The position numbers and the translations under genes are program-made. The notes below the pieces were generated by a model. It was not told where the DNA came from. It did no database searches and worked only from the letters and a program-made list of their open reading frames with translations. This document shows positions 1 through 11,796 of a DNA stretch of 64,000 nucleotides, piece by piece. How positions within the stretch are numbered: the stretch's first letter is position 1; every line of letters begins with the position of its first letter. The stretch is taken from positions 62,001 through 126,000 of IMG/VR virus record IMGVR_UViG_3300024239_000013. One strand, written 5' to 3'.

Positions 1-525
1 AGTACTTTAGCAACCTCAGTTCATCACGGACTAAAGATAAGAAAAAAGAATTCTGTTTTTGTAGGAGAGGCTGCAACGGACTATATAGCGGAATGGGGAG
101 TTCCTGACAGTCCAACAGATCAGATAGTTATTTTTTATAAGCAGCTCAGTAGAGAAAATATGTACAAAGATTCCAAGGAATGGGTTATTTGTGACTCTAG
201 CTCTATATTAAATTATTTCTATTTTAGATCTTTGTTTAATTCTAAATTAAGTTTAAAGGATATTGCGACAATTAATCATATACAGAAGGAAATTCTAAAA
301 TCCATAAACCAATGGCACAAAATTTATTACGTTCCCCCTTTTTTAGATGACGAAGATCCTGTAGATGGTATAAGATTCCATGATAGAGAGGATATAATTA
401 AGATAGACGGAATGATTCGAAATTATTTAGATCTGGAAAATATAGAATATACTGATTTGACAAATATACCCATAGATGAAAGGGACCAGTGGGTAATAAA
501 TGATCTATTAAAATCTAGAAAATAG
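1..525 (+). CDS. P-loop kinase/ATPase (AAA_28, NadR/Ttd14-like), 5'-truncated by window edge
   Basis: Frame open from base 1 (STLATSVHH..., looks like the tail of a GKSTL Walker A); WVICDSS strand and DGIR motif. Confidence 0.6.
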   Translation, partial: STLATSVHHGLKIRKKNSVFVGEAATDYIAEWGVPDSPTDQIVIFYKQLSRENMYKDSKEWVICDSSSILNYFYFRSLFNSKLSLKDIATINHIQKEILKSINQWHKIYYVPPFLDDEDPVDGIRFHDREDIIKIDGMIRNYLDLENIEYTDLTNIPIDERDQWVINDLLKSRK

Positions 526-969
526 TTATCTTACTGGTATTACAATGTCTGGCGAATTCTTTAAAAAGTATTCGCTATTTTTTATGGCTTTATTTAACGA
601 AGTTTCTTTTATAGTTTCTCTCCAATTGATTGTTTTATTCTTATTTAAACCAATCTTAAGATTCTTTATACTGGTCCATTTTTCTATATAAGTTGGATCA
701 TATGGAAGTTTTTTAGATTTCATATTTCCTTCCTCGTCTTTAACTATACCATAAAATTCTGGATATAATGTAGCCATATTAACCGGAATCCCTTCTTTAC
801 CTCCAACCTTATATCGGGAAAGCTCATTTACACTTTTTACCTGAGCAGCAAAAATGTTACATTTGCCCTCCTTGTTTTTCTTACCTTTTATTAAAAGCCA
901 TCCACCAAGAGACCATTTTATCCCTTGGTTGTTCCATTGGTTATATTCTAATATATTCTCCATATCCAT
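526..969 (-). CDS. hypothetical protein (likely start 963, MENILEYNQW)
   Basis: 147-aa ORF, AATATATA box just upstream of 963. Confidence 0.6.
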   Translation of the reverse strand: MDMENILEYNQWNNQGIKWSLGGWLLIKGKKNKEGKCNIFAAQVKSVNELSRYKVGGKEGIPVNMATLYPEFYGIVKDEEGNMKSKKLPYDPTYIEKWTSIKNLKIGLNKNKTINWRETIKETSLNKAIKNSEYFLKNSPDIVIPVR

Positions 970-989
970 ATATATTTAATAAAATATTG

Positions 990-997
990 GATATATA
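990..997 (+). promoter_or_regulatory. putative late promoter GATATATA(AATA); other copies 15570-15577(-), 16689-16696(-, GATAAATA), 18576-18583(-), 20201-20208(+), 21573-21580(-)
   Basis: Recurs 4-25 nt upstream of ATGs on both strands; two copies contain the T4 late box TATAAATA. Confidence 0.55.
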
Positions 998-1018
998 AAT
1001 AAAATAAGTGAATATGAA

Positions 1019-1282
1019 ATGAAAAAGTTTTTTATAGATTTGTTATCAGGGCAAACTGAGGTGTCAAGTAAGAGATTTGCTGCTCTTTTTGCATTAGTAA
1101 ATTTGGTGATTCTAACTTGGATTGCCACTTTAAATGATGATAATTTAATTACACCTGAATTTATGTTTGATGCATTACTAATGATCGCGGGAGGTGGTTT
1201 CGGTCTAAGCGTTGTGGAAAAAGTTCTGACTACAAAAAATTCTAAAAAAACTGATTCAAACGAACAAAACCCTACAATATGA
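1019..1282 (+). CDS. small two-TM membrane protein, holin-like
   Basis: SSKRF followed by two hydrophobic helices and a charged tail. Confidence 0.45.
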   Translation: MKKFFIDLLSGQTEVSSKRFAALFALVNLVILTWIATLNDDNLITPEFMFDALLMIAGGGFGLSVVEKVLTTKNSKKTDSNEQNPTI

Positions 1283-1545
1283 AAAATTTAAAACCGTTTG
1301 AAGATTATAACATTTCGAATTTAGACGAGGCTCTAGAAGAGTCTTCATGTTTAAGCGAGAATGCTAAGAATGAATTGAAAAGAATCTGTGAAGAGTATTT
1401 AGTTAAAGAAGCTATCGATTATGATGAAGATGATTATGATGAGCATACATACGATGGGTATGTAGAAGAGACCGCTAATTATATTAAAGAATGTTTAGGT
1501 AGACCCGGATATTCATCTTTAGATAAACCATACACAACACAATAA
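1279..1545 (+). CDS. acidic hypothetical protein with MKNLKPFEDY N-terminus
   Basis: ORF track; shared N-terminal motif. Confidence 0.6.
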   Translation: MKNLKPFEDYNISNLDEALEESSCLSENAKNELKRICEEYLVKEAIDYDEDDYDEHTYDGYVEETANYIKECLGRPGYSSLDKPYTTQ

Positions 1546-1546
1546 T

Positions 1547-2116
1547 ATGAGTAGATTGGTAAAATTTGATAAATATAAATCAGAAATCAAAGAATCTGAG
1601 GAGGAAGAATTTACATATAGCCTTGATGAAATTTCGGATGCTCTTGATTCAGTGGAAGATGATCTAATTAATTACATAGAAATTCATAATATAGAAATTT
1701 TAGATGTTGACCACGACGAAACTCGCGACGGAGAGGTGGTATTAAAGCCGATAATTGGTGAACATTCTGACCTTGTCTATGACTATAATACAGACCTAAA
1801 TGATTTAATTTTAAAAGAGCTTTCAAAATCAGGTAATGACGGACTTAAACCCCGATTTAATTCTGACGTTATATTTAATGCTATAGATTTAGTTTCTTCT
1901 TACATTGGAAAATATGTAAATGATGTATCGATGGATGATATAGAAATAGAATATGAAACAAGGTCCGGAAATTTTAATGAGATAACTGTAACATTCCTGA
2001 TAAATCAGAAAAGTTTAAAAAATGTTGAGATTTTATCTATTAATTTCAAAGAATGGAAAAAAGAAGTTCTCGGACAAATAGTTAAAAGTATAACCAGAAA
2101 GTTTAAATACATATAA
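1547..2116 (+). CDS. acidic hypothetical protein
   Basis: ORF track; MSRLVKFDKY N-terminus. Confidence 0.6.
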   Translation: MSRLVKFDKYKSEIKESEEEEFTYSLDEISDALDSVEDDLINYIEIHNIEILDVDHDETRDGEVVLKPIIGEHSDLVYDYNTDLNDLILKELSKSGNDGLKPRFNSDVIFNAIDLVSSYIGKYVNDVSMDDIEIEYETRSGNFNEITVTFLINQKSLKNVEILSINFKEWKKEVLGQIVKSITRKFKYI

Positions 2117-2148
2117 AAAAAATCCCAATCAAGATTGGGATTTTTTTT
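2115..2148. terminator. bidirectional intrinsic terminator
   Basis: A8-TCCCAATC-AA-GATTGGGA-T8 between convergent genes. Confidence 0.85.
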
Positions 2149-2168
2149 ATAATGATATTAGTTAAAGA

Positions 2169-4064
2169 TTATTTTTTGTCTTTCTTTTCTGATTTATCAT
2201 CTTCTGACGAATCTTTCATAATATCTTTCTTTTGTGATTTTTCTTGAATTTGTTTTAAAAGCTCCATTCCGAGTAATCCTGAAATTGGTCCATTTCCAAC
2301 ATCGTTACCAGAGATTAAAATTTCTGGGATAATTTTAATTCCATTTGTACCAATCATTTCAGTAACTTTTAATTTTCCGAAATTATCTTCTCCCATAGCT
2401 TTAACCTGTTTCTCATAAGCTTCAGCAGTTGCTTTACCGATAGCTGAGATTTTAGATGCCTCAGCATCGCCGGTTAATTTAATCTGGGCAGCTTCAGCTT
2501 CAGCCATTAGTTTCTTAGCTTTGGATTCAGCTCCAGCTTTTAACTCAAGAGCTTTAGCTTCTCCTTCTGATTTTTTAACAGCAGCTTCAGCTTCACGTTG
2601 TGAGATTTCTACCGATTGCTGAGCTGATACCATTTGACCTTGCATATTTGCTAATGCTTTTGCTGATTCTAGTGTCTTACGTTGGTCTTGTGCTTTTCTC
2701 TGGGTTTCGAATGTAATCTCCTCTTCCTGAGCAATCTTACGATCTGTTAAGGTTTTCATTAAAGATTCTGGCGGAACAATATCACCGATCAAGGTATCTA
2801 CTGCATGAACGTTATATTCTTCTAGTACTTTAGAAATACTTACTTTAGCTGCGTCTTGACGTTGTTGTCTTGTAGATAAAAATGAAATAACATCTGAATC
2901 TTGAGCGGAGTTTCTGAAATAGTTCCCGATTGTAGGTTCAAGAACCTGAGATACTAAATTTGACATAGATCCAAATCTTGCAATAACTTTAGGTGCTTCG
3001 TTAGAAGGAATGTGAATAATCTGAGATACGTCTAGATTGAATGGAAATCCATCTTTAGATCTAACCGTAATTGTGCTCAGGTTTTTATCCAGATCATGAG
3101 ATTCCGAACGAGCTGTAGCCCAATTGAGTACTAGGTTTGTTGTAGGAACTATTTCAATTTTCTGAGTATATGGATTGATAGCGTATTTACCTGGATCTAG
3201 TGGAGTTATCCATACGCCCCTTTGCCCTTTCTTAACTATATTTCCGTGTTTAAATCCATCACCAGTTGTGTCTTCTCCTTCCTCCCCTACATAAGAAATA
3301 ACTACACCGACGTGACCGATTGGAATCTGAGTCATTTCTCTCTTTTCAATTTCTACTGCCCAGGGGTTTAGTGAATATGATCCTGCTTGAATAACCTGTA
3401 CCTGTAAACCTCTCTGACCTCCGTTTTCTAAGAATTTATCAAAATTTTGAAAGTTGTTGTGTCCTTCAATAGGTGAACCTGCAATAGATCCAGGAGATAG
3501 CGGGATACCGTCTAATGCTGTTACCACTCCGACCATTCCATCTTCAATGTAAGTAATGTCTGCGATAAGAACATCAAATAAAAATTTATTGATACGATAC
3601 ACCCCGTTATTAAGATATCCTACTTGTTTACCCCTTTGCCCCCCTTTTGTCAAGAAAGCCCTACTGTCTTGGAAATTATCACAGTCTATATTTCTTGCTA
3701 AAATTGACCCAGTTGGAAGAGGTAACCCGTCTTTAGCAGAAAGTAATCCAATTTTACCTCTAGGTATTTCTGTTAAATCTGCCATTTCAACTGAGTATTG
3801 CCAAATCCAATATCCCCAATATAAACCGGGTGCTAAAGTGTCTGCCTGAAACCCTGCTTCTCCATTAAGAGCGATGATTTTTCCGTCGGGTAATGATTTA
3901 TTTTCACCAAAAAGAACAAATTTCTTGGTAACGAGACCAATTTTATCTTCTGGGATTATAACCATACCAAAGAAAACCCTCAGTGTAAATTTATAAAATA
4001 CAATCAATAATAATGGAACTAATACCCATCCGAATTTTAATAATAAGCTTAATGCTAAATCCAT
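2169..4064 (-). CDS. SPFH/Band-7/flotillin-like membrane protein
   Basis: N-terminal TM, repeated GQRG units, ITVRSKDGFPFNLDVSQ SPFH core, AEA-rich coiled coil. Confidence 0.85.
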   Translation of the reverse strand: MDLALSLLLKFGWVLVPLLLIVFYKFTLRVFFGMVIIPEDKIGLVTKKFVLFGENKSLPDGKIIALNGEAGFQADTLAPGLYWGYWIWQYSVEMADLTEIPRGKIGLLSAKDGLPLPTGSILARNIDCDNFQDSRAFLTKGGQRGKQVGYLNNGVYRINKFLFDVLIADITYIEDGMVGVVTALDGIPLSPGSIAGSPIEGHNNFQNFDKFLENGGQRGLQVQVIQAGSYSLNPWAVEIEKREMTQIPIGHVGVVISYVGEEGEDTTGDGFKHGNIVKKGQRGVWITPLDPGKYAINPYTQKIEIVPTTNLVLNWATARSESHDLDKNLSTITVRSKDGFPFNLDVSQIIHIPSNEAPKVIARFGSMSNLVSQVLEPTIGNYFRNSAQDSDVISFLSTRQQRQDAAKVSISKVLEEYNVHAVDTLIGDIVPPESLMKTLTDRKIAQEEEITFETQRKAQDQRKTLESAKALANMQGQMVSAQQSVEISQREAEAAVKKSEGEAKALELKAGAESKAKKLMAEAEAAQIKLTGDAEASKISAIGKATAEAYEKQVKAMGEDNFGKLKVTEMIGTNGIKIIPEILISGNDVGNGPISGLLGMELLKQIQEKSQKKDIMKDSSEDDKSEKKDKK

Positions 4065-4107
4065 TTTTTCTTTTTTTTTAAAATTTATAATTATTTTTTT
4101 AGATATC

Positions 4108-4128
4108 CAAATTTAAATAATAAAATCG
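4108..4128 (-). promoter_or_regulatory. promoter CG-N11-TAnnTTTG (copy 1 of 10; others 6706-6726, 8840-8860, 14326-14346, 20045-20065, 28650-28670, 42936-42956, 53146-53166, 54310-54330, 58838-58858)
   Basis: Bacteroidota -7 box with invariant CG exactly 11 nt upstream, each just upstream of a minus-strand gene run. Confidence 0.8.
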
Positions 4129-4139
4129 GATAAAAAAAA

Positions 4140-5972
4140 TTATTTTATTTTTTTCCAAGAAATTTCAAAGTTTTTTATGTGTGGATCGATTGGAACTAAA
4201 TCTATACTACACAATTTAACGATTTTGATCATATTTTCCATAGAAATCTCGCCGAAAATAGTCGGCCTAAATATGGCTTTACCGCTTTCGAGTAAATATT
4301 TTGTGATATTAAAGTTTTCCTTATTTGCAAATTCAATATCTGCAACCCAAAACCCATCTTCCAGATACATATCTCTGGTAAAGTGGTTAACCTTATCGCT
4401 TCCTTTAATTTTGATGCCTTCAGTGCTCTTAATATGTACAACCAAACCTTCTAAACATCTTTTTGATTTTTTAAAATCTTGAATTATAGAATCGATTTCG
4501 GAATCAGTATAATAATATCCATATTGATTTTTTTTACCAACTTCTGCTATAGGATATTTTATTTTCATAATATTTTTTCAAAATTTTTATTTATGTCTAA
4601 TTCTTATCCAATCTACCTCTTCGTAATCCCTAGCATTATTTTTTTCCAATTTTATGTGAAGCATAAGAATGTTTGTTCCTTGAATGGGTAAAATTTTATA
4701 AGTTAATTTATTCTGACCTCTATTTAAATCGCCATTAGTACTATAATTATAAAGATCTCTGATCTTATTATAGAGTAGCATGAGAGTCTCTTGTTTCCCG
4801 ATTCCTCTTCCTGTCGCATATTCTAAGAAAACGTGATCTGTAACTATAGATTCTCCAATCTCTAATAACTGAGAAACTGCAAAGCTTGCAATTCTGGTGG
4901 TTTTTCCATTATTTCTATTTGTTATCATGTCTATTTTTAATTTCTAATAATTTCTTATATTTTTTCCGATATAACGTTATTATAATAAGATAAGATATTC
5001 TCATATACAATCTACTGTCATTGTCTCTGGTCTTTTTATTAAAATAATAATCTAACTCGTGGGTATATAAATTGAATTTATTTGATTTTTGATTAGTCAC
5101 AATCCGATACTGCTCATTAAAAGATCTTAAATTAAATAAAATCATAGTATGAATCGGTATAACCCTTTCCTGATATACCATATCAGAACCGTCTGTAAAT
5201 TTCTTGTATATTTTAAAATCCCATCTAAACCAACTTGGCATATATCTATTTTTAACACATTCGGATTTTAACTTCATTTTAGGTTCAAACATCACGGAAT
5301 ATCTTTTAAGATTAAATTTTATGGTTCTTTTTTTAATCTCATTTAGACCTAATTCGTAATAATGATACCAAGAATTTAGTGCATATAACATCCCACTAGT
5401 ACTCATTTTTTCTAATCTACCAACTAAAGATCCTGATAGATAAGAATCTCTGAAGTAATATTTACCAGACTCTATCCAAGATAATCCATTTAAAGCAGCT
5501 TCACACCACCCAAAATTTGTACATTGATACCCATTCTTAAATGAAGGTTTAATATGATAAATTCTTTCCTCTATATCTTCATATCTTCCTCTATGAGTTA
5601 ATATTAGCTCGCTCTTACAAATAGGACAAAATATCTTATCTGACATTACTTAAATCTTTTTATAACTTTAAGTTTATCTATTTCAAATGCCATTTCTTCT
5701 AGTGACTTAGTTTCAAATATTATTTCATTTTTATCAACATCCATCATTACTCTATCATACTCACCAGTTTCTTTATTTCTTACTACGAAACAAGCCACTT
5801 TTAAAGAATCGTTCTGCTCACCAGATCCCCATAATACTGATTTATCGACTGCGTGTCTTGTGCTTATTTTGTCATGAAACCACTCGTGTGTTTCTGACTC
5901 CCAATACAAACCATCTCTTTCTAAAAATTCGTTTCTTTCCATACTTATTTTTCTGTTGTTGGTTTTAGCCAC
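4140..5972 (-). other. four hypothetical CDS (4140-4568, 4587-4928, 4915-5646, 5646-5972)
   Basis: Abutting minus-strand ORFs, no recognisable family. Confidence 0.6.
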
Positions 5973-6688
5973 ATTCCATTACTAAAAATGATCTGAATTA
6001 TTCTTGGATTAATTTTCTTTATATTTTCTAATAGCTCAAGTGTTTTGATAGTGTCTTCTTTGAACATCTTAAATATCTCCTCCCTTATTCTTTCCTGAGA
6101 AACAACCTTTTCTAATTTATCGATAACTTCTTCGTTTGAACAAACTTTCATAATCTCTTCCGAAATAGTAAATCCTTTTGTTACTGAAAATCTAAAAGCT
6201 CGTATAAGTCTTAATGGATCATCTAGCATGGTCTTTTCGGTTTCTAATGGTGTTATTAGGATTTTATTTTTCAAGTGCTCTAGACCACCAAAATGATCTA
6301 TAATTCGACCATATTCATCTTTTGCTAAAGCATTCAAAGTAAAATCTCTTCTTTTTAAGTCGTCGTTAAGATTACCTGGTTTTATTATAGGTTGTCTAGT
6401 TCCTGGAAAATAACCAACCTCTTTTCTTGACATTACAAAATCTGCAACCCCCTGATATTTGTGATTTGCTGGGAATTGTGCTCTTATTGTAAAACAATCG
6501 GGATGTGTTACAAATATTCTGAAACCCTCATTATTCAAATAGGTTTCCAGAATAGTAAACATTTCATAAGCTGTATAGTCTCTTGACAATAAACTTTCAT
6601 ACGGAACTGCTACATAATCAACATCCTTTGAAACCAAACCTAAAATTTCATCTCGGACCTTTCCTCCGACTTCGTAAAATGTAAACAT
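5945..6688 (-). CDS. cca: class II tRNA nucleotidyltransferase (CCA-adding/poly(A) polymerase family)
   Basis: VGGKVRD...DVD, RRDFTLNAL, DDPLRLIRAFRF motifs. Confidence 0.88.
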   Translation of the reverse strand: MFTFYEVGGKVRDEILGLVSKDVDYVAVPYESLLSRDYTAYEMFTILETYLNNEGFRIFVTHPDCFTIRAQFPANHKYQGVADFVMSRKEVGYFPGTRQPIIKPGNLNDDLKRRDFTLNALAKDEYGRIIDHFGGLEHLKNKILITPLETEKTMLDDPLRLIRAFRFSVTKGFTISEEIMKVCSNEEVIDKLEKVVSQERIREEIFKMFKEDTIKTLELLENIKKINPRIIQIIFSNGMWLKPTTEK

Positions 6689-6715
6689 TTTCTTTATTTT
6701 TTTAGCAAGATTAAT

Positions 6716-6755
6716 AAAAAAACACGAGGTATAAAAATTATCCTCGTGTTTTTTT
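6716..6755. terminator. intrinsic terminator overlapping the next promoter
   Basis: A7-CACGAGG...CCTCGTG-T7. Confidence 0.7.
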
Positions 6756-6778
6756 AAAATTTTATTTAATCTAAATCA

Positions 6779-7255
6779 CTATTCCACCTTAAGAAACTTT
6801 AAAACCGAATCCCATCCAGGAAACTCCGATTGTCCAAAATGTATATGGGTTCCTTTGAAATCAGCAACCCCATTTGCTATTCTGTCATCTATTAAATAGT
6901 CACCCATTACTAGTCCTTTATTATGGCACAGAATTAATTTTTTCTTTGAAGTATTACCAAGATATTTTTGTACCCAATTTCTTTTCTCTGCCCAAGCATT
7001 AGGATTACTCCATGGTGGTGTGCTTAATATATAGGTTTCGTATTTTTCCTGTAGTTTGTTCCATGCTTCAATAGCACCTTCAACAGGCTCTAGATCTTTG
7101 TAAGCATTTTCGTGCTTAAATAGGCTGTTACCCTTAATTCCTTGATTCTCTAGTTCTCTAGCTCTTTTATCGAAATCACAAATAACCCCATCCATATCTA
7201 TGAGAACTATCGGTTTTGTGATTGGTATAGTTGCCCTTAACCAGGATTTTTCCAT
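6779..7255 (-). CDS. 5'(3')-deoxyribonucleotidase, HAD superfamily
   Basis: DMDGV, ILSTPPW, EKRNWV, GDYLIDD. Confidence 0.85.
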   Translation of the reverse strand: MEKSWLRATIPITKPIVLIDMDGVICDFDKRARELENQGIKGNSLFKHENAYKDLEPVEGAIEAWNKLQEKYETYILSTPPWSNPNAWAEKRNWVQKYLGNTSKKKLILCHNKGLVMGDYLIDDRIANGVADFKGTHIHFGQSEFPGWDSVLKFLKVE

Positions 7256-9301
7256 TTATTTAAAGTATTTAATTTTTATTTTTTCTGAGGCTAATCTATA
7301 AACATCCATAAAATCAGATAATTCAGAATCACTAAGATTCAGAATTCTTGACCCGACGCTTTCTAAATCAACATCAGATTCTGATTTATTTAATCTTAAA
7401 AAAGCTACAACAAAACAAGATTCATTAGATTGAAAGAAAGATTTAGATATTTTGTGTCCATTTTTTTCTAAGAAATCTCCACCAAAACTATCGACATAGC
7501 CATCTTCTCTATATTCGTCCTCTTTTTCGAAAAGTTCGTTAACTCCCCATTTAATAATTTCATAGAAAGGCTGCTCTGATTTAGTTGAGTTGTACTTTCT
7601 AGCCTCTATGTTGTTTATTCTAATTTTCATATTCTTCAGCTTCTATAAATACATTCTTTATTTTTATAAATACTTAATACAGAACCCTGCCCGTGGGTAA
7701 TCCCTATTTGGTAATTGTAATATTCGTAAACAGAAGATGGAAAATTCTCAGTAAATTCGTCTATTGGATCTATAACAGTTCCATATCTTGATGCAAATTC
7801 AAATATAAATGATGTGAGATTTAAAGGTTTATCCTGGTATGTTTGATAATGCTTAGCATCGTATCTATTCTGTTTAGACATAACCCTATCCATTATCGAA
7901 TTGAATGAAGTTTCGTCTTTTATTTTTTCTCTAAATACTTGTATTCTTTCGTCTAAGATTGCTTCTTTAGCTTTAAGATTACTGATATATTCGGCAGTAG
8001 ATTTTTTTCCTTCTGGACTGTCCAGATATTTTTTTAATCTTTCTGATAAGCTTTCAGTGTCTATCATATCCTATTTTTTTTATTTAATTCTTTCCCAAAA
8101 TTCTCCTTTTTTCATCTTATTTTCAATTACATATTCAGCAGAAACAAAATCAAGTGCATCTTTAAGAACCTCTTCTGTGCATCCTCTTTCTGCATACGGA
8201 TCATTAAATCTTGAAATGATGTCGATATCTCTAGGTTGATCTAATAATTCTTTAGGCTTATATGCTCTAACCTTACCTTTTTTAATCTCGAATTCAATAA
8301 CTGGGATTTTTTCGCAATCCTCAGATATTTCCGAATTGATAAGTTGACATTTCAAATTAAGAAACGGAAACTCTTTAGCAATAATTATCCACTCATCATA
8401 GATCTCTCTAACATCTGGCCATTTTCCTATATTATAATTATTACATCCTATATTTCCGTCCCATGAACACCATCCATGAGGACCACCTATCCAAGAAGAT
8501 GCTATCCTATGATTATTCAAATAATATAAACCCGAAATTCTCCTGTATTTTTTAGCATAAAGTTCTTCTTTAAAGTCGTAAAGTTCCGAAAAATTGTTTA
8601 AATTAAATTCTTTCTTTAGCTCTACATAAAGATCGTTAGTGTCTAAATGATGTCCGAATATTAACTTATTGATTGTTTTTTCCCATTCTCTATCATTACA
8701 ACAGAAGCTGAAACTATCTGTCCTAACTAGGATTTCCTTAGCCTGATCTTTCGTTACACTTTTACCTTTTACAATTAATCCCGGCCATTTGGGTAAATTA
8801 ACTTCTAAAATGTTTTCCTTATTCATTTTATTTTTTTAGCAAATTTAACTCAAATGTACGGGAATTAAAAAAAATCTACGTGATATTTAACTAGTCTTTT
8901 ATTATAACCTTGAATTTTTTACCAGACTCCGAAATAATTTCATCTATCCAAGCTTGTGCTTCTTCATTACTATTGAATTGCCTATATACTATATCTTTGT
9001 GAGCTAGATTAATTTCTACAGTAGCTTTATTCCAAATCTTTTTATTTTTCTCATCGACTCTAAGCCAACTATATCTTTCAAAATAAGAAGAGTCCATTCT
9101 GATTCTTTCATCATCATCCGTTAAATATCCAAAATTTCCACTAGTCCATCCCTCAGGAATCTCTGGATGCTTTCCTACTACAAATCCCAGAAATTTTTTA
9201 TCTCTTTCTGGTATTCTTTCCTTCCATCTATATTCAGATTCTCTTTCAGTTGTGAATTGGATTGAAATTATGTTATCTAATTGGAAATATTTCTTTGTCA
9301 T
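7256..9301 (-). other. four hypothetical CDS (7256-7630, 7636-8067, 8080-8826, 8891-9301)
   Basis: ORF track, tightly packed. Confidence 0.6.
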
Positions 9302-9307
9302 TTCTTT

Positions 9308-9766
9308 TTAATTTTCTGATATTTGACTTGAAATCTTTTTAACTTTACCAATATCCGCTCTTCCTTGATATTTTTTATTAAACTCACCGATGGTTTTACC
9401 TATTAGCGCCTGCTTATTGGTAATCACGTTTTTAAAGCTTTTCATAATTTCTGAAAGTGCCTCTTCAACCTCTTTATCCGACATTTGTGCTGGCATATAA
9501 TTTCTAAGAACTGAAGCTTCTGCAGATTCCTTTATAGCCAAATCATGTCTTCCGTTTTTTTCAAAGATTTCAATTGACTCTTCCCTTTGCTTGATTGCCT
9601 TGTTAATTATTTTAAGAAAATCAGCATCTGTCATTTCCACATTTGGATTTGATTTTTCTGCAAGTGTAATTGCTGATTTTACACTACTCAAAGCTGCCTT
9701 AGCATCATTGTCCTTATTCTTCATTGCAGATAAAAAATCTGCATTTACCCTTTCTTTAATTGTCAT
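9308..9766 (-). CDS. GatB/YqeY domain protein
   Basis: AMKNKD...IKQREESIEIFEKNGRHDLA...YMPAQMS pattern. Confidence 0.85.
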   Translation of the reverse strand: MTIKERVNADFLSAMKNKDNDAKAALSSVKSAITLAEKSNPNVEMTDADFLKIINKAIKQREESIEIFEKNGRHDLAIKESAEASVLRNYMPAQMSDKEVEEALSEIMKSFKNVITNKQALIGKTIGEFNKKYQGRADIGKVKKISSQISEN

Positions 9767-10580
9767 CTATCTTTGTTTTTAAAGTATTTCTAATAAAATC
9801 TCTTTCCTGTGTAAATATTGGGGTTTCTACAACAGACCATTTATTCCTTTTGTATGTTTCTCCATTTTCTATGTTATTCATAGTAACCTGAATTTTTTTA
9901 ATTACCGCCCCCCTTTTTTTTCGGAAATCATAATCATTCCAGTTGATCCCCTTCTGAAAAATCATTTCTTGCAACTGGTCAGTTTTTACCCCATTTAATT
10001 GATTGTGACTATAAAGACTTTGTGCCACCGAAGAGATGCTATTCCTTACTGCATCTTGTTGTCTCCAGATAAAGTAGTTTTCGACCTCATCTATAAAAGG
10101 GATTTGAAATGCTCTGGCATCGAACGTAGCAAGTTTGAAATTTTCAATTTCAGATTCTTTTAAAAGATTTCCATCGTAATTCATCGAATGATTAGCAATT
10201 CCAAATTCATTACAAAACCTTTTCATTCTAAGTTGATTAAATTTTGCTGTAGCCATAGATGATGCAACAGAAACCATTTTTTGCAAGTTATTATCAAACC
10301 ATGCATGTGTTCCAAGATCGTCGAAATCTGTTAGTAAAAGACTTATCTCATCTGACTGAACGTAACCTAACTTGGTTCCTTGTATGTTTTTGCAGAGATA
10401 AACTGTTGTCTCATTCATGTCTTCAATTAGACCTTCGTCAAATGGACGTTCTAAACCTTTAGTGTAGGTGTGAAATGCTTTCCCGTCGATCCTGATGATC
10501 GTGTAAGTTCTTCTTGGGAGCTTGATCCTTGTTCTATCTTCGTAGAACTCTTTCATTCTGTCGCCTAATGCGTCTTTCAT
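9756..10580 (-). CDS. tRNA(His) guanylyltransferase Thg1-like protein
   Basis: RIDGKAFH, YVQSDEISL, FDARAF, YFIWRQQDAVRNS; start moved to MKDALG. Confidence 0.9.
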   Translation of the reverse strand: MKDALGDRMKEFYEDRTRIKLPRRTYTIIRIDGKAFHTYTKGLERPFDEGLIEDMNETTVYLCKNIQGTKLGYVQSDEISLLLTDFDDLGTHAWFDNNLQKMVSVASSMATAKFNQLRMKRFCNEFGIANHSMNYDGNLLKESEIENFKLATFDARAFQIPFIDEVENYFIWRQQDAVRNSISSVAQSLYSHNQLNGVKTDQLQEMIFQKGINWNDYDFRKKRGAVIKKIQVTMNNIENGETYKRNKWSVVETPIFTQERDFIRNTLKTKIDDN

Positions 10581-10679
10581 AATATTTGCTTTATGCAACC
10601 TTCAATAGTCGGATGCTGATTAATATTTATTTATAGATTATTTTTTATAAAAGTTCCTTTAGTAGTTTAATTTTTTTCA

Positions 10680-11793
10680 TTATGTATGAATTTTTTTTCC
10701 AACCAACCCACATAAAAATTCTGAAACCAATTCTGCCTCTGGATTCCTCCAAGCATGATTTAAGTAAACGTCGGCCTTATCGTGATAATGGTAATAATTT
10801 GAATCTAAATGTCTCTGTGCAGCCTTTGCTGTTAAGAATGAGTTGATATAAACTGGTTCCATTGAATATGTACATTTTTCTAATTCCGGAACATTTTCTT
10901 CAATCCATTCATCTAGTTCAAATCCAAAATCATCGTCCCACATTTCTTTTAGATTATCTGGCTCGTCTACTCCTTTTTCTATAAGATATTCTCTAAATTC
11001 CTCAAATTCTTCTATTACTTGGAAATCACCATCTCTGTCTATCCAACAGCGGGTATCCCCATTTAAGTCCCAATCATATACTCTTCGCCAGTCTCTTATT
11101 TGAAAAATATGAGGCATCCGTGTACATCTTGGATCCTGTGTTGTCATTTCAGTAGCAAGTTCTATTAGCTTATCGTACATTTCGTCACTAATCTCTATAT
11201 TTTTCATTATTTAATTCTTGATTTTCAATAAATTCTAATGTTGCTGCATAAGCAGATCCTTTAAAAACATCGTCTTTCGTCTCTTTTATTGCTCCTTTAA
11301 AAAGTCTCTTGAACTCATCAAATCCCTTGTTTTTTAAAATGATAAGTCCAACCCCCATTACAGTTTTTGGTCTATCCACTCCGGTTTCTCTGACTATTTC
11401 GTCAGCTATATTTTTTATCTCCTCCTGATAACTTGGTTTTATGTTATCTAGAGCATTTTCAAGAGCACTATAGAAGCAATTCTCTTCATTTATCAATCTA
11501 CCTTTGAATGATAAGGATCCGTTGGAGTTTCTAGATATATCCATATAATAATCCCTATCATCTCTTTCTTCGTGGTCGATTACTCTATATAGAGAATCCT
11601 TATAAACAAAATACTCTTCAGTAACATATCCCTTTGAAAAATTAGAATGATTAAATTTTTCCGCAAATTCAAAAATCCAATTTTCGCTCAATTCATAACC
11701 GAATCTTTTTGCTATGTATTTACAGGTCTCTTCTAGAGTTCCTTCTAGTTTAACCGGATATAATTTTCCAGTATGAAATTCAATTTTTTCCAT
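10680..11793 (-). other. two hypothetical CDS (10680-11207, 11188-11793)
   Basis: ORF track. Confidence 0.6.
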
Positions 11794-11796
11794 TTT

